Shown: positions 41,448 to 55,050 of the stretch, piece after piece
Position numbering within the stretch: the first letter of the stretch is position 1
Layout of the letters: each line of letters begins with the position of its first letter
Source of the DNA: Amphiscolops sp. MND2022
Taxonomy: Eukaryota
Reading direction: 5' to 3'
Assembly (NCBI GenBank): GCA_964187785.1
Contig: OZ076409.1
Span: 38,008,001 to 38,072,000, forward strand
Length of the DNA: 64,000 nucleotides
Made by a program: the position numbers and the translations under genes
Notes under the pieces: model-generated
The model's input: the letters and a program-made list of their open reading frames with translations, nothing else
What the model was told of the DNA's origin: nothing
The model's database searches: none

Positions 41448-42715
41448 TGGAGTTGATAGAACGCCAAGAAACTGTGGTTTTGATGATTTTTTGACATTTT
41501 GATATTTTAATGTCAATTTTTTCGTGTAATTTTGGCCCATTTTTGATGGATTCAATTTTTTTTATTATCCATCAAAATTTATTCTAAACAAACTTCTGAT
41601 AATCTACAATGGAAGTAGAGTTGATCGGTATGTGACAGCTTTCTGTGTTATTCTCATACAGCAAATGGCATGCATTTGAAATTTAATAGAAAATGGCATG
41701 TTTTTCTTTTCCAAAAATGTCGGTATTTTCACATTTTGCTCAAAGATGGGTAAAACCGGGTTAGGCATACTCTGTGGACCACGTGGAGTTGATAGAACCC
41801 CAAGAAGCCGTGGTTCTGATGATTTTTTGACATTTTAAAATTTTAAGGTCCATTTTTTCGTGTAATTTTGGCCCATTTTAGAAGGAATCAAATTTTTTTA
41901 TTATCCGGTAAAATTAATTCTATACAAAATTCTGTTCATCTGCAATGAAAGTAGAGTTGATTGGTATGTGATAGTTTTCTGTGCTATTTTCATACGGCAA
42001 ATGGCGTGCATTTGAATTTTTTTAGGAAATGGTATGTTTTTCTTTCCCAAAAATGTCGGCTTTTTCACATATTGCTCAAAAACGGGTAAAACCTGTTTTA
42101 GCATACTCTGTGGACCTCGTGGAGTTGATAGAACCCCAAGAAGCTGTTGTTTTGATGATTTTTTGACATTTTAAATTTTTAAGGTCCATTTTTCGTGTAA
42201 TTTTGGCCCATTTTTGAAGGATTCAAATTTTTTTTATTATCCGGTAAAATTTATTCTAAACAAAATTCTGTTCATCTGCAATGAAAGTAGAGTTGATTGG
42301 TATGTGATAGTTTTCTGTGCTATTCTAATACGGCAAATGACGTGCATTTGAATTTTTTTAGGAAATGGTATGTTTTTCTTTCCCAAAAATGTCGGCTTTT
42401 TCACATATTGCTCAAAAACGGGTAAAACCTGTTTTAGCATACTCTGTGGACCACGCGGAGTTGATAGAACCCCAAGAAGCCGTGGTTTTGATGATTTTTT
42501 GACATTTTGGTATTTTAAGGTCAATTTTTTCGTGTAATTTTGGCCCATTTTGGAGGGTTCAAAGTTTTTTTAATATCCATCAAAATTCATTCTAAACAAA
42601 ATTCTAATAATCTACAATGGGAGTAGAGTTGATCGGTAAATGATAGTTTTCTGTGCTTATCTTATACGTCAAATGGGGTGCATTTGAAAATTTTTAGGAA
42701 ATGGTATGATTTTTA
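41448..42715. repeat. 336-bp tandem repeat, about 3.7 copies, inside U12
   Basis: GGAGTTGATAGAAC at 41449, 41785, 42121 and 42457 (exact 336 spacing); copies are alignable throughout. Confidence 0.95.
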
Positions 42716-44945
42716 GGATTTTGGTCAAAATAGTTGGCTTTTTAAATATATTTAAATTGAAAAGATACGGGGTTATTACACAGGTCATATAACCAACTTT
42801 TTGAGAGGAATCCAATGGTGCCATCGAAAAAATTATTTATCAGCTAACATTTTTAGTACTGCCAAAATAACCAAAAAAGGGAACAATTTTTTGATGATTT
42901 TGTGATTTGTTCATCCGGACATGGTTCAAACACCAGTACTAGCATTCTTCGATCATAGTTATTGTTCTTAGACTTCACCCCAACATAAAGATACATTTCA
43001 AAGAGATTTTGAATATTAACTTATTGTGAGAAAGGGTTGAAATATTTGAAGAAGCTAGTAGAAAAGAGGAAGTTTTTGTCTTATATAACACCTTGAGCAA
43101 CCCATATTACGGTAAAGCCTCATTTCATGACTCAAACTAACTTTACAAATTCTGTGTGAATAGTGATTGACAAAAAAGAGTTATTTTTTGATGAAATCAC
43201 TTCTCACGGTGATTAAAAGCTTTCAACATATTTACTTCGGATGAGAGTTTTTTGTGTGAAAAACGTACTATCGTGGTCCATATGTTATTAGGACATATTG
43301 TAGCAGTCTCTTTCTTGTTTTTGAGTAACTTGGGCCCCACTGTTTACTTCAGCGTGGAGGGTATTGCTCCCCAGGCAAAATTTAAAATTTCGACCTGACA
43401 AAAATTGGTTTTCAAGCATAACAATGAAATCTAAATGTTTGTAAATTGACCGCGATCGTATATATAGCGAATGACAGCATTGCGAATGATATTTTCGAAC
43501 TTCTTGGGTAAAATAATGACGTCGGAAGTTGTAAAAACGTTTTTGCTTTGCATCGTTGCATGTCTGTTCGTGCTAAATTTCGTTTTTTTTTGGAGCTACT
43601 GATAACCTTCCTTCCACAAATGTAACGAATGCGAAGGAATTTTTTTAAAAACCAAAAGAATTGAGCATTTCTGATCAACCACAGTGTTCAACTTTATTCT
43701 AATAACTGAATAGAGTAGAAAAATTGTTTTTGTGAAGTTATCTTTCCAAGACAATGGACTGCAAATTTATGGAAATGTAGTAGTATATGGGAAAAAATAG
43801 TCTCATACCACCCCTTGAGCAGCGCGATTACTTCAAAAACCTCATTATAGTCCTGAAACTCACCCTACGCACTCTGTGTACATAGTGATTGACAAAAAAT
43901 AGTAAACTTTTGGTGATATCACATTTCACTGTGATCCCAGGCTTCAGAGATGTTTACTTCGATTTAGAGCGTTTGCTCTGAATAACGTCTTATCGCGGCT
44001 CATATGTTATTGGAGCCACTGATACCAGTCCCAATCGTGTTTTTGAGTATCATGGGCTCCACTGGTTACGCCAGAGTTAATAATTTTGCATTAAAAACTG
44101 AATTTCAAAATTCGACCCTACCAAATATGGGTTTTTGATGCGAAATTTTTCTAAGTTAAGTACCGAATGTCTGAAAAATGACTGAAGACCGGGTGAAAAT
44201 ATTTTTTTAATACTTTCTAATACTAAAAATGGTTCCAACGTTGCCAGTAGGCCCATTCGTGAGCATTAGGGTGGTATCTGACACGCTTCGATGAAAATAA
44301 TGTGTTCAAAATGACCAATTTGTAAATAGATACTAAGTTGAGAAATCCTTGTGAAACACCTATGACCTCGAAAAAAATTATATTTTCACATTGGATGCAA
44401 ACTGTTGAGCGTTTGGCAGCGAGTAGGTACTGACGGAAACCATGGATACCAAGGTTTCTATTTTTAAGCAAATAAAAATTTTTTTCAGAGGCGTTTTTGA
44501 CATATAGTGTACTGATAGTAGTGAAAAAAAATTCAAAAATGTCGAATTTTCAAAAAATGTGAAAACTTTACATCTTTTGTGTTCAGTGCAATGCCACAGC
44601 CACGAAATGACAGTTCCAAGCTTGTTTCACTGTCAAAGTCCAAAAATTATTACATTTTGAGTTATCAGCGACTTTGTTAAAATTTTCCTCATTTTGCCCT
44701 TCTAGGTGAATGACAAATTGGCCATAACTTTTTATAAAGTGTTTCAATCGCAAAACGTCAGCAGGAACTTCGATTCGTATGGCCATTTCATGGCCGCATG
44801 CAATCTAAACCCAAATTCTAACGGTTAAATAAAAAAATAGCTCGTTTGACCGGCCGTTTTCTACTAGGAGGATTTTGATTTTGGACGGCCGGCAGGACCC
44901 AACCCGCCGGCCGTAATTTTTGTTGGGGAATTACCCCCGCCCACC

Positions 44946-46015
44946 TAGCGATGGAGCGATTTAGAGCACTGCTAGGTAGAGGCCTAAACAAAACGGTTGA
45001 AAGTTTGTTACTGAAGTATGACACAAACAAATATCCCACGCTAAATCTTTTGTGTATGTTGTTCACAATTCAACAATAAAAATATCATCACACTGCCGAA
45101 AAAGGACAATGGTGACCTCCGTCACGTCACCAAAGAGGTATGTTGGGTTTTGCGTTCGAAAAAAGCACCGTTGTTCCCGCGAGATGCTGCGCAACTCACG
45201 GAACACCGGTGACAATGAATTTTGCTAGCCGATTTGCAACAACTTAATTAACACTTTGAGGCACTTTTTGGCATACCTTTTGCCCAAGGGATATTTTGCT
45301 TGTTACAGATAGTAAACCCCAGCCCCCTAAGCAGTTTCAAGTTCGCTGCAGCTGCTTCGTGTGCTGCATCAAATGCAACTCAACGTGATGCAATGATTTA
45401 TCATCCGATCAGTCATAATGCCAAAACTCCAAAAAATCAACTTTTTTCTGATGTCTCCTACAGGTGAACGAATTACATTTTTGGAACCTCCATTGGATGC
45501 TGACAATTTTTGAACTTATTGTCCGAGACCGTGCGGACCGTTCCGGCTGCTCAAATCATCAATTTGATCAAAGTGATTCAGTCAAAAAAATATATTTGGC
45601 ACTTTTTGGCACTTTGGTTTCCCCCGGGGGGAAAATTTTTTGGACCGTTCGAAAGACCGTTGACCCTTGATGATTTTCATAAAAGTGCACTTTGCCGCTA
45701 CGGGCTTTCCTTCATGGTGAAAATGGCCTTTGATTCGGTCATTGATTAATCAAAGATGAAAAAAGATGAAAAAAACCAAAAAAACGCAAAAAAACCCTAC
45801 AAAATGAATTTTCCTGGAAAAACGTCAGCAGAAAAAAGTTCTTAAATTTTTGAGATAAAGCCACATGCAAAGTTTCAGACAAATCCTACGGGTGAATTTC
45901 GAGATCGGTTAAAATACTTCGCAATCCTGAAGGTAGGAATTGATAGAATGTGCTCGGCTCTCGGGACCCTCCCCGGCCTCGCAATATTTTCTGATGGGCA
46001 TCCCCCTTGACCACC
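44946..46015. mobile_element. U13: family C unit (diverged left half), 1,070 bp
   Basis: Same termini as U4; left ~480 bp diverged, right half near-identical to U4. Confidence 0.8.
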
Positions 46016-47095
46016 TAGCGATGGAGCGATTTAGAGCACTGCTAGTAAAAGGCCTAAACTTAACAGCGCAACCTTTGCTAATGGAGTATGAAAAAGAAAT
46101 ATTGAGGCTAGCAATTTTTTGTAAGTTATTCTGGGATTGAACGATAATTATCATCACCCTGACGAGTGAATGTCTATGGTGACTGCCGTCAACTTAACTC
46201 AAGGGATTTTGTGGTTTTTTGCTTTCTAAGCAAGCACCGTTGTTCCTGTGAGATGCTGCGCAACTCTCGGAACACCGGTGACAATAAATTTTGCTGAACG
46301 ATTTGCAATAACCTAATCATCACTTTGAGGCATTTTTTGGCACAACTTATGCCCTAGGGCTGTTTTGCTCGATACAGAGGGTAAACCCCAGCCCCATAAT
46401 CAGTTTCAAGTTTGCTGCAGCTGCTTCCTGTGCTGCATCATATCCAACTGAAAGTGATACAATTATTTCTCATCCAATCACTCATAATGACATATACCCC
46501 AAAAAATCAACTTTTTTCTGATGTCTCCTACAGGTGAACGAATTACATTTTTGGAACCCCCATTGGATGCTGACAATTTTTGACCTTATTGTCCGAGACC
46601 GTGCGGACCGTTCCGGCTGCTCAAATCATCAATTTGATCAAAGTGATTCAGTCAAAAAAATAATTTTGGCACTTTTCGGCACTTTGGTTTCCCCCCGGGG
46701 GGGGGGGGGGGAATTTTTTCGGACCGTTCGAAAGACCGTTGACCGTTGATGATTTTTGTAAATGTGCACTTTGCTGCTACGGGCATTCATTCATGCTGAA
46801 AATGGCCTTTGATTCGGTGATTGATTAATCAAAGATGAGAAAGATGAGAAAAAAACCAAAAAAACCCAAAAAAACCCTACAAAATGAATTTTCCTGGAAA
46901 AACGTCAGCAGAAAAAAATTCTTAAATTTTTGAGATAAAGCCACATGCAAAGTTTCAGACAAATCCTACGGGTGAATTTCGAGATCGGTTAAAATACTTC
47001 GCAATCCTGAAGGTAGGAATTGATAGAATGTGCTCGGCTCTCGGGACCCTCCCCGGCCTCGCAATATTTTCTGATGGGCATCCCCCTTGACCACC
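46016..47095. mobile_element. U14: family C unit, 1,080 bp
   Basis: Near-identical to U4; extra length mostly from a G15 run at 46697-46711. Confidence 0.8.
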
Positions 47096-50000
47096 CAGTG
47101 GAGGTAATTAGAGCACGACTAGAGGGGGGGAGGAGGCCTGAACAAATGGAAGAAGGACGTTTGTTAGTAAAGTTTGAAATATTTTGTTGTACTTCCTGCT
47201 ACCTGTTTTGGTTTAAACTGCCATGGAAACAAAGATAAACTTCATCAACACTATGATACAGAAATGACAACCCTGAATGCCGTTAAAACAAAAACAGGGT
47301 ATCCCGAGAATTCCCTTTCAACCAGGCACCGTTCATCTTGATAGATGCTGCGGAACTCGAGGCACTGCTGATAGTGTCTTAAGTGACAATAAAATTTTTC
47401 TACAAATGAATTTGTCACAATTACTGAAGGATTTGCTGAAATGCTTTGTAATATTAGGATAGAATGTGTTGGAAATCAGCTTAGTTTTGTTTCAAAAGAC
47501 TCTATTCAAATCCAGATGATATGTGAGAAGACGTGAGATGTTGACTAAATTTTTGAGTTTAGATTGTAATGGAGAAAAAAATTAAAAAACAAAATTTTGC
47601 CTTGTAACAATTTTTGAAAACTTTTTGTGTTATACGGAACTAATTTTTTGGTGGAACAATTTGCAAACGTACAAAACGTTTACCACGATAATTCACTGCC
47701 TGCAAACGATTTTTAATTGACACTCCTTTCCAGTTTTTTTAGCGCTACCATCCCACGAAAGAAAGCTTTCAACACAAGATGTAACAAATTGTCATTTGGA
47801 GGAGATACGGGGTTTCCTCAAGCTGACAAAGAAGCCAAATGTTAAATTGAGTGGACATTCAATGTACAATTAAGAAATTTAGACTAAATTGTTTCAGGTC
47901 TTTTTTGAAAGACACAAAGAAAAAACGTTGTCTCTGAACTGTATAGTGATAAATATATACGAAAAGATCATCTCAGCTAAATACATATTATCAACTACAA
48001 AGACCATGGATGGTTAGACAATATTCTTTACAGCTACAACGGAAGACGAGGCAGTCTTGTTTTTTGTTTTTTGTAGTGATAGCCTTGCCAAGTTGACACA
48101 AGGCCAACTTGAAAGGCTATCACAAGATTCATGTATCAGCTGTTTCCTAAAAAACATGGTTCAATCTGAATCTTTAAATACGCAAACGTCATCAATGTGG
48201 GAAGGTTTTCAACTCTATAGAGTCTGCAAAGTGCAAGTAGTGAGAGACGTTTCCGGAATTTGGTTTAGCTACTATAAAAATGATTCAGACTTTGCTAATT
48301 TATCTTTTAAAGAACATTGCTTGTAAAACATATGGCTCTATTCAGCAGTAACAAAGGAGTTTGGAACAACGGGAAGAGGGTACCCTTTGAAACATGTCCT
48401 AAGTTGCATACCCCTCCTGAACTGAACTGCTGATTGATGTTTACAGTGTCAACTTTTTGATAAAAAGTGCAAAAAATCTAGTGAAAAATTTTTTGTACTA
48501 TGGTAAGTTTTGTGTTACACAATGCTTTATGTACCACGGTTTTCATATAGACACCTCTATACACCTCATATTCGCTACACTGATACTATGTTCATCGTAA
48601 ATGACGAGAAAAAGGTTAGTTTTTCTTGTATTCTGTTTTTATTGTTAAAATGTGTCTTCGAAATTTTCACTTGAAAATAGAATTTTTCTTTGCAAAACGT
48701 GTTATCGTAGCTCACAAGTCACTGAAGCGTTTGACACCAGTCATATACCTAATTTTTAGCTTTTTGGAGGCCACCGATTACGTCAGACACAATAGTGTTG
48801 TTCAAAACACGAAAATTCAATTTTCGACCTGACAAAAATTGAGTTTTTCGGAAATTTTTTTTTAATCTTGAGAACGAATGGGAGAAAAAATCTGTCGGGA
48901 CCAAGCGTGGTAGTATTAATTATACTTTTTGTAACTGTAAACAAGTTTTCTGCTGCCCGTGAGCTCGTTGTTGAGCGTTAATACCATAACCAACAAACAC
49001 CGAATAAAAAAGGTCCAAGGGAATGTGGCAAAAAACGGAACTTTTTGGGAAATATCTCCTCTAGTGACTACTATTGACATGTCGAACATCTTTGGATTGT
49101 TGTTACAAGTCTGGTTTCTACCTTGGTTGATCCTCGGGTATAGTGTTAGACAAAAAACAGTCTTAGTGAGACCGCCGACACCAAAAAACTGGTGACACAT
49201 CGCTAAAAATGCTGAAATTGGAGTCATGCATCTGTAGAGTATGATACTTTTAGGTACCCCACACTCTGAAAAATGACCTTTTTACTTCTGTAAACATTGT
49301 TTTCCTAAATTACAGTGTCAGTGGGTTGGTGTAAAATTCAATAGTTGCTAAAAGAGCCCATTTTGTCAATTCGACCCCACCAAAAATGTGATGTTGTTTC
49401 AATTTTTGACGAATTTCATTGTTGAAAAGTAAATATTGTTGCCCATGACTACTCGAATTATACTGTATGTGCCTTGTCAAGGCCCAGTTGTATTTTTCAG
49501 ATGCCAATGAACTAAGAGAAGTGGATAGTTGATGTTTGTGGGCAAAAATTTGCGGTACTAAACTCCAAAAAATGATTTGGAAACAAATTTTATCTTGGAA
49601 TTTTGTTTATCAACGGGGTTTTTGTCACTCAAAATCACAGTATAACCATTGTGAAAGGTCAATATGTGTTCCAAGTCAGCTGTACACTTTCTTGTGAACA
49701 AAACAGACACTAGATTGACTGAAAAAACACTTGAAGTTATTTTTGACTCAACCCATCTAACGATATGTAGTTATCATTTTCTGTAATGTAACGTCTAATG
49801 GCAGCTGATTTTTTTGAAAACACTCCAAATCCACAGTGAGCACTTTCTTTACGTTATTCACATCCAATGTTATGCAAAAGAACATTTTAGGTGGCTACTG
49901 GGCTTTAAAAAGGGTTTTTGGCCACTCGAAATCTTGATTTCGTTGATATAAAAACACGGTTCCCAATGTAATATGTAACATAGTGAGCACGAAAAAATTA

Positions 50001-51992
50001 AATTTTTACAGAATCAACCCACAAGTAAAGTGATACGTTTTTGGGCGTCACCATAGCTCACGAATAATTTTCGACCTTATGGACGGAGACCGTACAGACC
50101 GTTGTTCGCGAGCAAATAACCTTTTTGTAAGTCCGAGTCGCCTGAAAAAATGATATGTAACCCATCTAAGCACTTTTATCACTCCCTGTAGCAACTGGTG
50201 AAAACTTTATATCACCATTCAGTGGGTCAGTGGCTCACGTTCACTTTCCAAAAGATGACCCATGTTGCTATCTGTACTGTGTCAGGAGATATACATACCC
50301 GAAAAGTAGTTACGATGTGACAACATAACTCTCTATAACTCTCGGACTCACCTAAAAATCCAAATTTTTTCAGATGCACTCTACAAGTGTACTGATGGGT
50401 TTTTGGGCGTCACCATAGCACACTGACACTTTTTGAACTTATGGTCGAAAACCGTACGGACCGTTGTTGGAGCAGAAATGGGCTTTTTGTAGGTCCGAGT
50501 CGTGCAAAACAATGCTAAATACCGCATCTTGGCATATTATTAACGCCATGAACCACCTATTAAAAACTTTTCATTACCATTCGATAGACCAGTGGCCCAC
50601 GTTCAATTTCGATAAGATGACCCATTATGCTATCTCTGCTCTGGCAGGAGATATGCATACCCGAAATGTTGTTACGATGTGACACCATAACTCTCGGACC
50701 CACATAAAATTTCGAAATTCGTTCAGAAGCTTCCTACAGTTGTTCTGATGGGTTTTTGGGCGCCACCATGTTACACTGACAATTTTTGATCTTTTCGTTC
50801 GAGACCGTTAAGACCGTTCCTGTGGAGCAAATCACCATTTTGTAACTCCGAGTCGACTTAAAAAATTGAAAATACCACTTCTTGGAATTTTTTTCTCACA
50901 CAATGGCAACTAGGCTATGTTTTTTGCTTTCAATCGTTAGACCGCTGCCCAATGTTCATTTTGATAAAGATGACCCACGCTGCTATCTGTACTCGGTCAT
51001 GAGAAACATCATCATGAAATGTTCATACAACGTATGAGATCAACTCGGACCGTGACTCAAAAAAATTAATTTTTTTCAGAGGCCCCCCAGAGGTTCACCA
51101 ATGTCATTTTCAATGTCGCTATAGCTCACTGACATTTTTTGACCTTATTGTCGGAGACCGTGCGGACCGTTGATGGCGAGGAATTCACATGTTTGTAAAA
51201 ATGAGCTGATTTGCAAAAACTCATTCCTCACTATAAGGCATTTTTTGGCACCACCATTGCCCCAGGCCTACTTTGCGATAGTACCGTGGGTAGACCGCAA
51301 CTCCCTGATAATTTTCATAAATATGACCTCCGCTGCTATTGGTGCTGCGTGGTGAGTATTTGAACGAAGTGTACATAATAAAAAATTTCATCTCAGCTCA
51401 TCATGCCATACACCCCAAAAAATCGACTTTTTTATTATGATCCCCCCAGCTGTAAAAATTATATTTTTGAATCCCTCAAATAGAGCTGACAATTTTTGAC
51501 CTTATGCTCCGAGACCGTTCAGACCGTTTAACGTGCTCAAAATGGCCTATAAGCCCGGGTGATACTGGTGATATATCACATTTTGGCATTTTTTGGCATT
51601 TTGAGTGCCCTGAGGGGCACTTTTTTGGCACTATCAATTGACGCGCCACATTTCACAACTTTTTGTTAGTATGCACCATTGGGCTAGCGTGCACCGTGTA
51701 AAAGTTATTAAAGAAAAACGTTATATCCGAACAAAAATTCGTTATATCCGAACTTTTGTCAAAAAAACCATGAAGATGAATTTTCCGGGAAAAGTGTCAG
51801 CAGGAAAAAGTTCTTAGATTTGCTCGAGGATGTTGTGTGCAAATTTTCAGCGAAATCTCACGGCTCATTTAAAAGATAGCTTTCCCAGTGGCAAATCCCG
51901 GGTTGTTGAAAAAGATATCTTATATACTGAGCTCGCTTACGGGTCCCTCCCCGAGCTCGCACAATATTGCGGGCTAAACAGCCGTGACCACC
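47096..51992. mobile_element. U15: family B unit, 4,897 bp
   Basis: Starts CAGTGGAGGTAATTAGAGCAC; diverged from U5, similar to U19; has its own terminal ~200 bp ending GGGCTAAACAGCCGTGACCACC. Confidence 0.8.
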
Positions 51993-53061
51993 TAGCGATG
52001 GAGCGATTTAGAGCACTGCTAGTAAAAGGCCTAAACTTAACAGCGCAACCTTTGCTAATGGAGTATGAAAAAGAAATATTGAGGCTAGCAATTTTTTGTA
52101 AGTTATTCTGGGATTGAACGATAAATATCATCACCCTGACGAGTGAATGTCCATGGTGACTGCCGTCAACTTAACTCAAGGGATTTTGTGGTTTTTGCTT
52201 TCTAAGCAAGCACCGTTGTTCCTGCGAGATGCTGCGCAACTCTCGGAACACCGGTGACAATAAATTTTGCTGATCGATTTGCAATAACCTAATCATCACT
52301 TTGAGGCATTTTTTGGCACAACTTATGCCCTAGGGCTGTTTTGCTCGATACAGAGGGTAAACCCCAGCCCCATAATCAGTTTCAAGTTTGCTGCAGCTGC
52401 TTCCTGTGCTGCATCATATCCAACTGAAAGTGATACAATTATTTCTCATCCAATCACTCATAATGACATATACCCCAAAAAATCAACTTTTTTCTGATGT
52501 CTCCCACAGGTGAACGAATTACATTTTTGGAACCCCCATTGGATGCTGACAATTTTTGACCTTATTGTCCGAGACCGTGCGGACCGTTCCGGCTGCTCAA
52601 ATCATCAATTTGATCAAAGTGATTCAGTCAAAAAAAATATTTTGGCACTTTTCGGCACTTTGGTTTCCCCCGGGGGAAATTTTTTCGGACCGTTCGAAAG
52701 ACCGTTGACCGTTGATGAATTTCACAAAAGTGCACTTTGCCGCTACGGGCTTTCCTTCATGGTGAAAATGGCCTTTGATTCGGTCATTGATTAATCAAAG
52801 ATGAAAAAAGATGAAAAAAAACCAAAAAAACGCAAAAAAACCCTACAAAATGAATTTTCCTGGAAAAACGTCAGCGGAAAAAAATTCTTAAATTTTTGAG
52901 ATAAAGCCACATGCAAAGTTTCAGACAAATCCTACGGGTGAATTTCGAGATCGGTTAAAATACTTCGCAATCCTGAAGGTAGGAATTGATAGAATGTGCT
53001 CGGCTCTCGGGACCCTCCCCGGCCTCGCAATATTTTCTGATGGGCATCCCCCTTGACCACC
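51993..53061. mobile_element. U16: family C unit, 1,069 bp
   Basis: Near-identical to U4/U14. Confidence 0.8.
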
Positions 53062-55050
53062 TAGCTGCTACCGCGGTAGTGACCGCGGAGGGCGCTATTT
53101 TTGGCATACGTCGTCGAAGGGCATGCCTCGGCATGCCCACAGACGGTGGACGTCGCAACACTTTGTGGCGTTGTACTAATGTCTGGATGTGGCAGTAGGA
53201 AGTTGATGAGCCTAATAACACTGGAAAATTGGAAAATAAAAAAGTTAAAGACTCAATTGTTTATAATATAAATTTTTTTGATAATTTTTTTGAACATAAA
53301 ACATATGAAAAAGACTTCGAGTTCATAAGTTTTTATCAAATACTGAATACAATCGTCTGGTGACCTGATGGAATATACTAACGGTAGTATAGAATCACAA
53401 AACAAGGTATCGACAGCAATATCCAATAAACAAAAAGTCTTTTTGTTGAAAGTTTTTTGATGTGATAGCCTTCCCAAGTTGACACAAGGCCAACTTAAAA
53501 GGCTATCACAAAATTCAGTTAACAGGTACTTGAAAAATTTGCAAAACTTGTCCAGCCAGGATCGTCGAAAGAGCACATGTCAGCATTGTGAGTGGCATTT
53601 TTAATCCTTTTGGGTCCGTAAGGTCGCGTTAGAAGTATTTAAAGAGTATTTAGACACAATTATCCCGGTTCTATCTCAGCAAAATCGCCTATTTTTTAGT
53701 TTCGGTTTTTTTTCCGGCTACAAATGTAACACATTCGAAGGGAATTATTTCGGAAAACGAAAGAGATGAAAGTTTCTGATCAACCACAGTGCTCATCTAT
53801 ATTGTAAACTTTGAATAAAGTAGTTGAAAGTATTTTGTCAAATTATTTTTTCCTGATAATGGGCTAAAAGTTTTGGAAAACACAGTAGTATATAGGAAAA
53901 AAATGTCTCATACCACCCCTTGAGCAACCCGATGCATTCAAAAACCTCATTATAGTGCTGAAACGCACCCTACGCATTCTGTGCCATTAATGACTGACAA
54001 AAATGAGTAAATTTTTGGTGAAATCACATTTCACAGTGATCGCTGGCTTGCGAGATCTTTACCTCAATTGAGACGTATTGCTCAAAATAACGTCTTATCG
54101 CGACTCATATGTTATTGGAGCCATTGGTACCAGTGCCAATGGTGTTTTTGAGTATCATGGGCCCCACTGGTTACGTCAGAGTAAATAATTTTGCTTTAAT
54201 AGCTGAATTTTAATTTTCGACCTGACAAAAAATGGGTATTTGGGTCGAAAATTTTCTAAGTTATGTTCCGAATGTCTGAAAAATGACTGAAGACCGGGTG
54301 AAAAAAATTTTTTAACCTTTTATATTACTATAAATGGTTGCTACGTTGCCAGTGGGACCGTTCTAGAACATTAAGGCTATAGCCGACAAGCCTCGATGAA
54401 AATATTATGTTCAAAATGACCATTTTGTAAATTAATACTAAGTTGAGAAATCCTTGTGAAACGCTTATGACCCCGAAAAAATTTTTATTTTCACATTGGA
54501 TGCAAACTGTTGGGTGTTTGGCTGCGAGTAGGTTCCGACAGAAACCATGGATACCAAGGTTTCCAATTTAAAGCAAATAAAAATTTTTTTCTGAGGTGTT
54601 TTTGACATATGGGGTACTGATAGTAGTGAAAAAAATTTCAAAAATGTCGAATTTTCAAAAAACGTAAAATTTTTACATCTTTTGTGTTCAGTCCAATGCC
54701 CCAGCCACGAAATGAAGGTTCCAAGCTTGTTTCACAGTCAAAGTCCAAAAATTAACACATTTTGAGTTATCAGCGACTTTGTTAAAATTTTCCTCATTTT
54801 ACCCTTCTAGGTGAATGACAAATCGGCCATAACTTTTTATAAAACATTTACATCGCAAAACGTCAGCAGGAACTTCGTCTCGTATGGCCATTTCAGGGCC
54901 GCATGCAAAAAATGGTGAAATTCGTATGGTTAAATAAAAAAATAGCTCGTTTGACATGCCGTTTTCTACTAGGAGGATTTTGATTTTGGACGGCCGGCAG
55001 GACCCGACCCGCCGGCCGATTTTTTTGTTGGGGAATTACCCCCGCCCACC
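53062..55050. mobile_element. U17: family D unit, 1,989 bp
   Basis: Colinear with U11; last ~300 bp match U12's right end (GGGGAATTACCCCCGCCCACC). Confidence 0.8.

Larger units (their letters stand above)
40186..44945. mobile_element. U12: long family-D-related unit, 4,760 bp
   Basis: First ~120 bp and last ~1.3 kb are homologous to U11/U17; the interior has unique sequence, a 336-bp tandem repeat and a second diverged core copy. Confidence 0.75.

Noticed and set aside
46691..46711. C6-G15 run in U14 as a G-quadruplex signal
   Set aside because: The other C copies have only about C5-G5/G7 here; homopolymer slippage or sequencing error is more likely.
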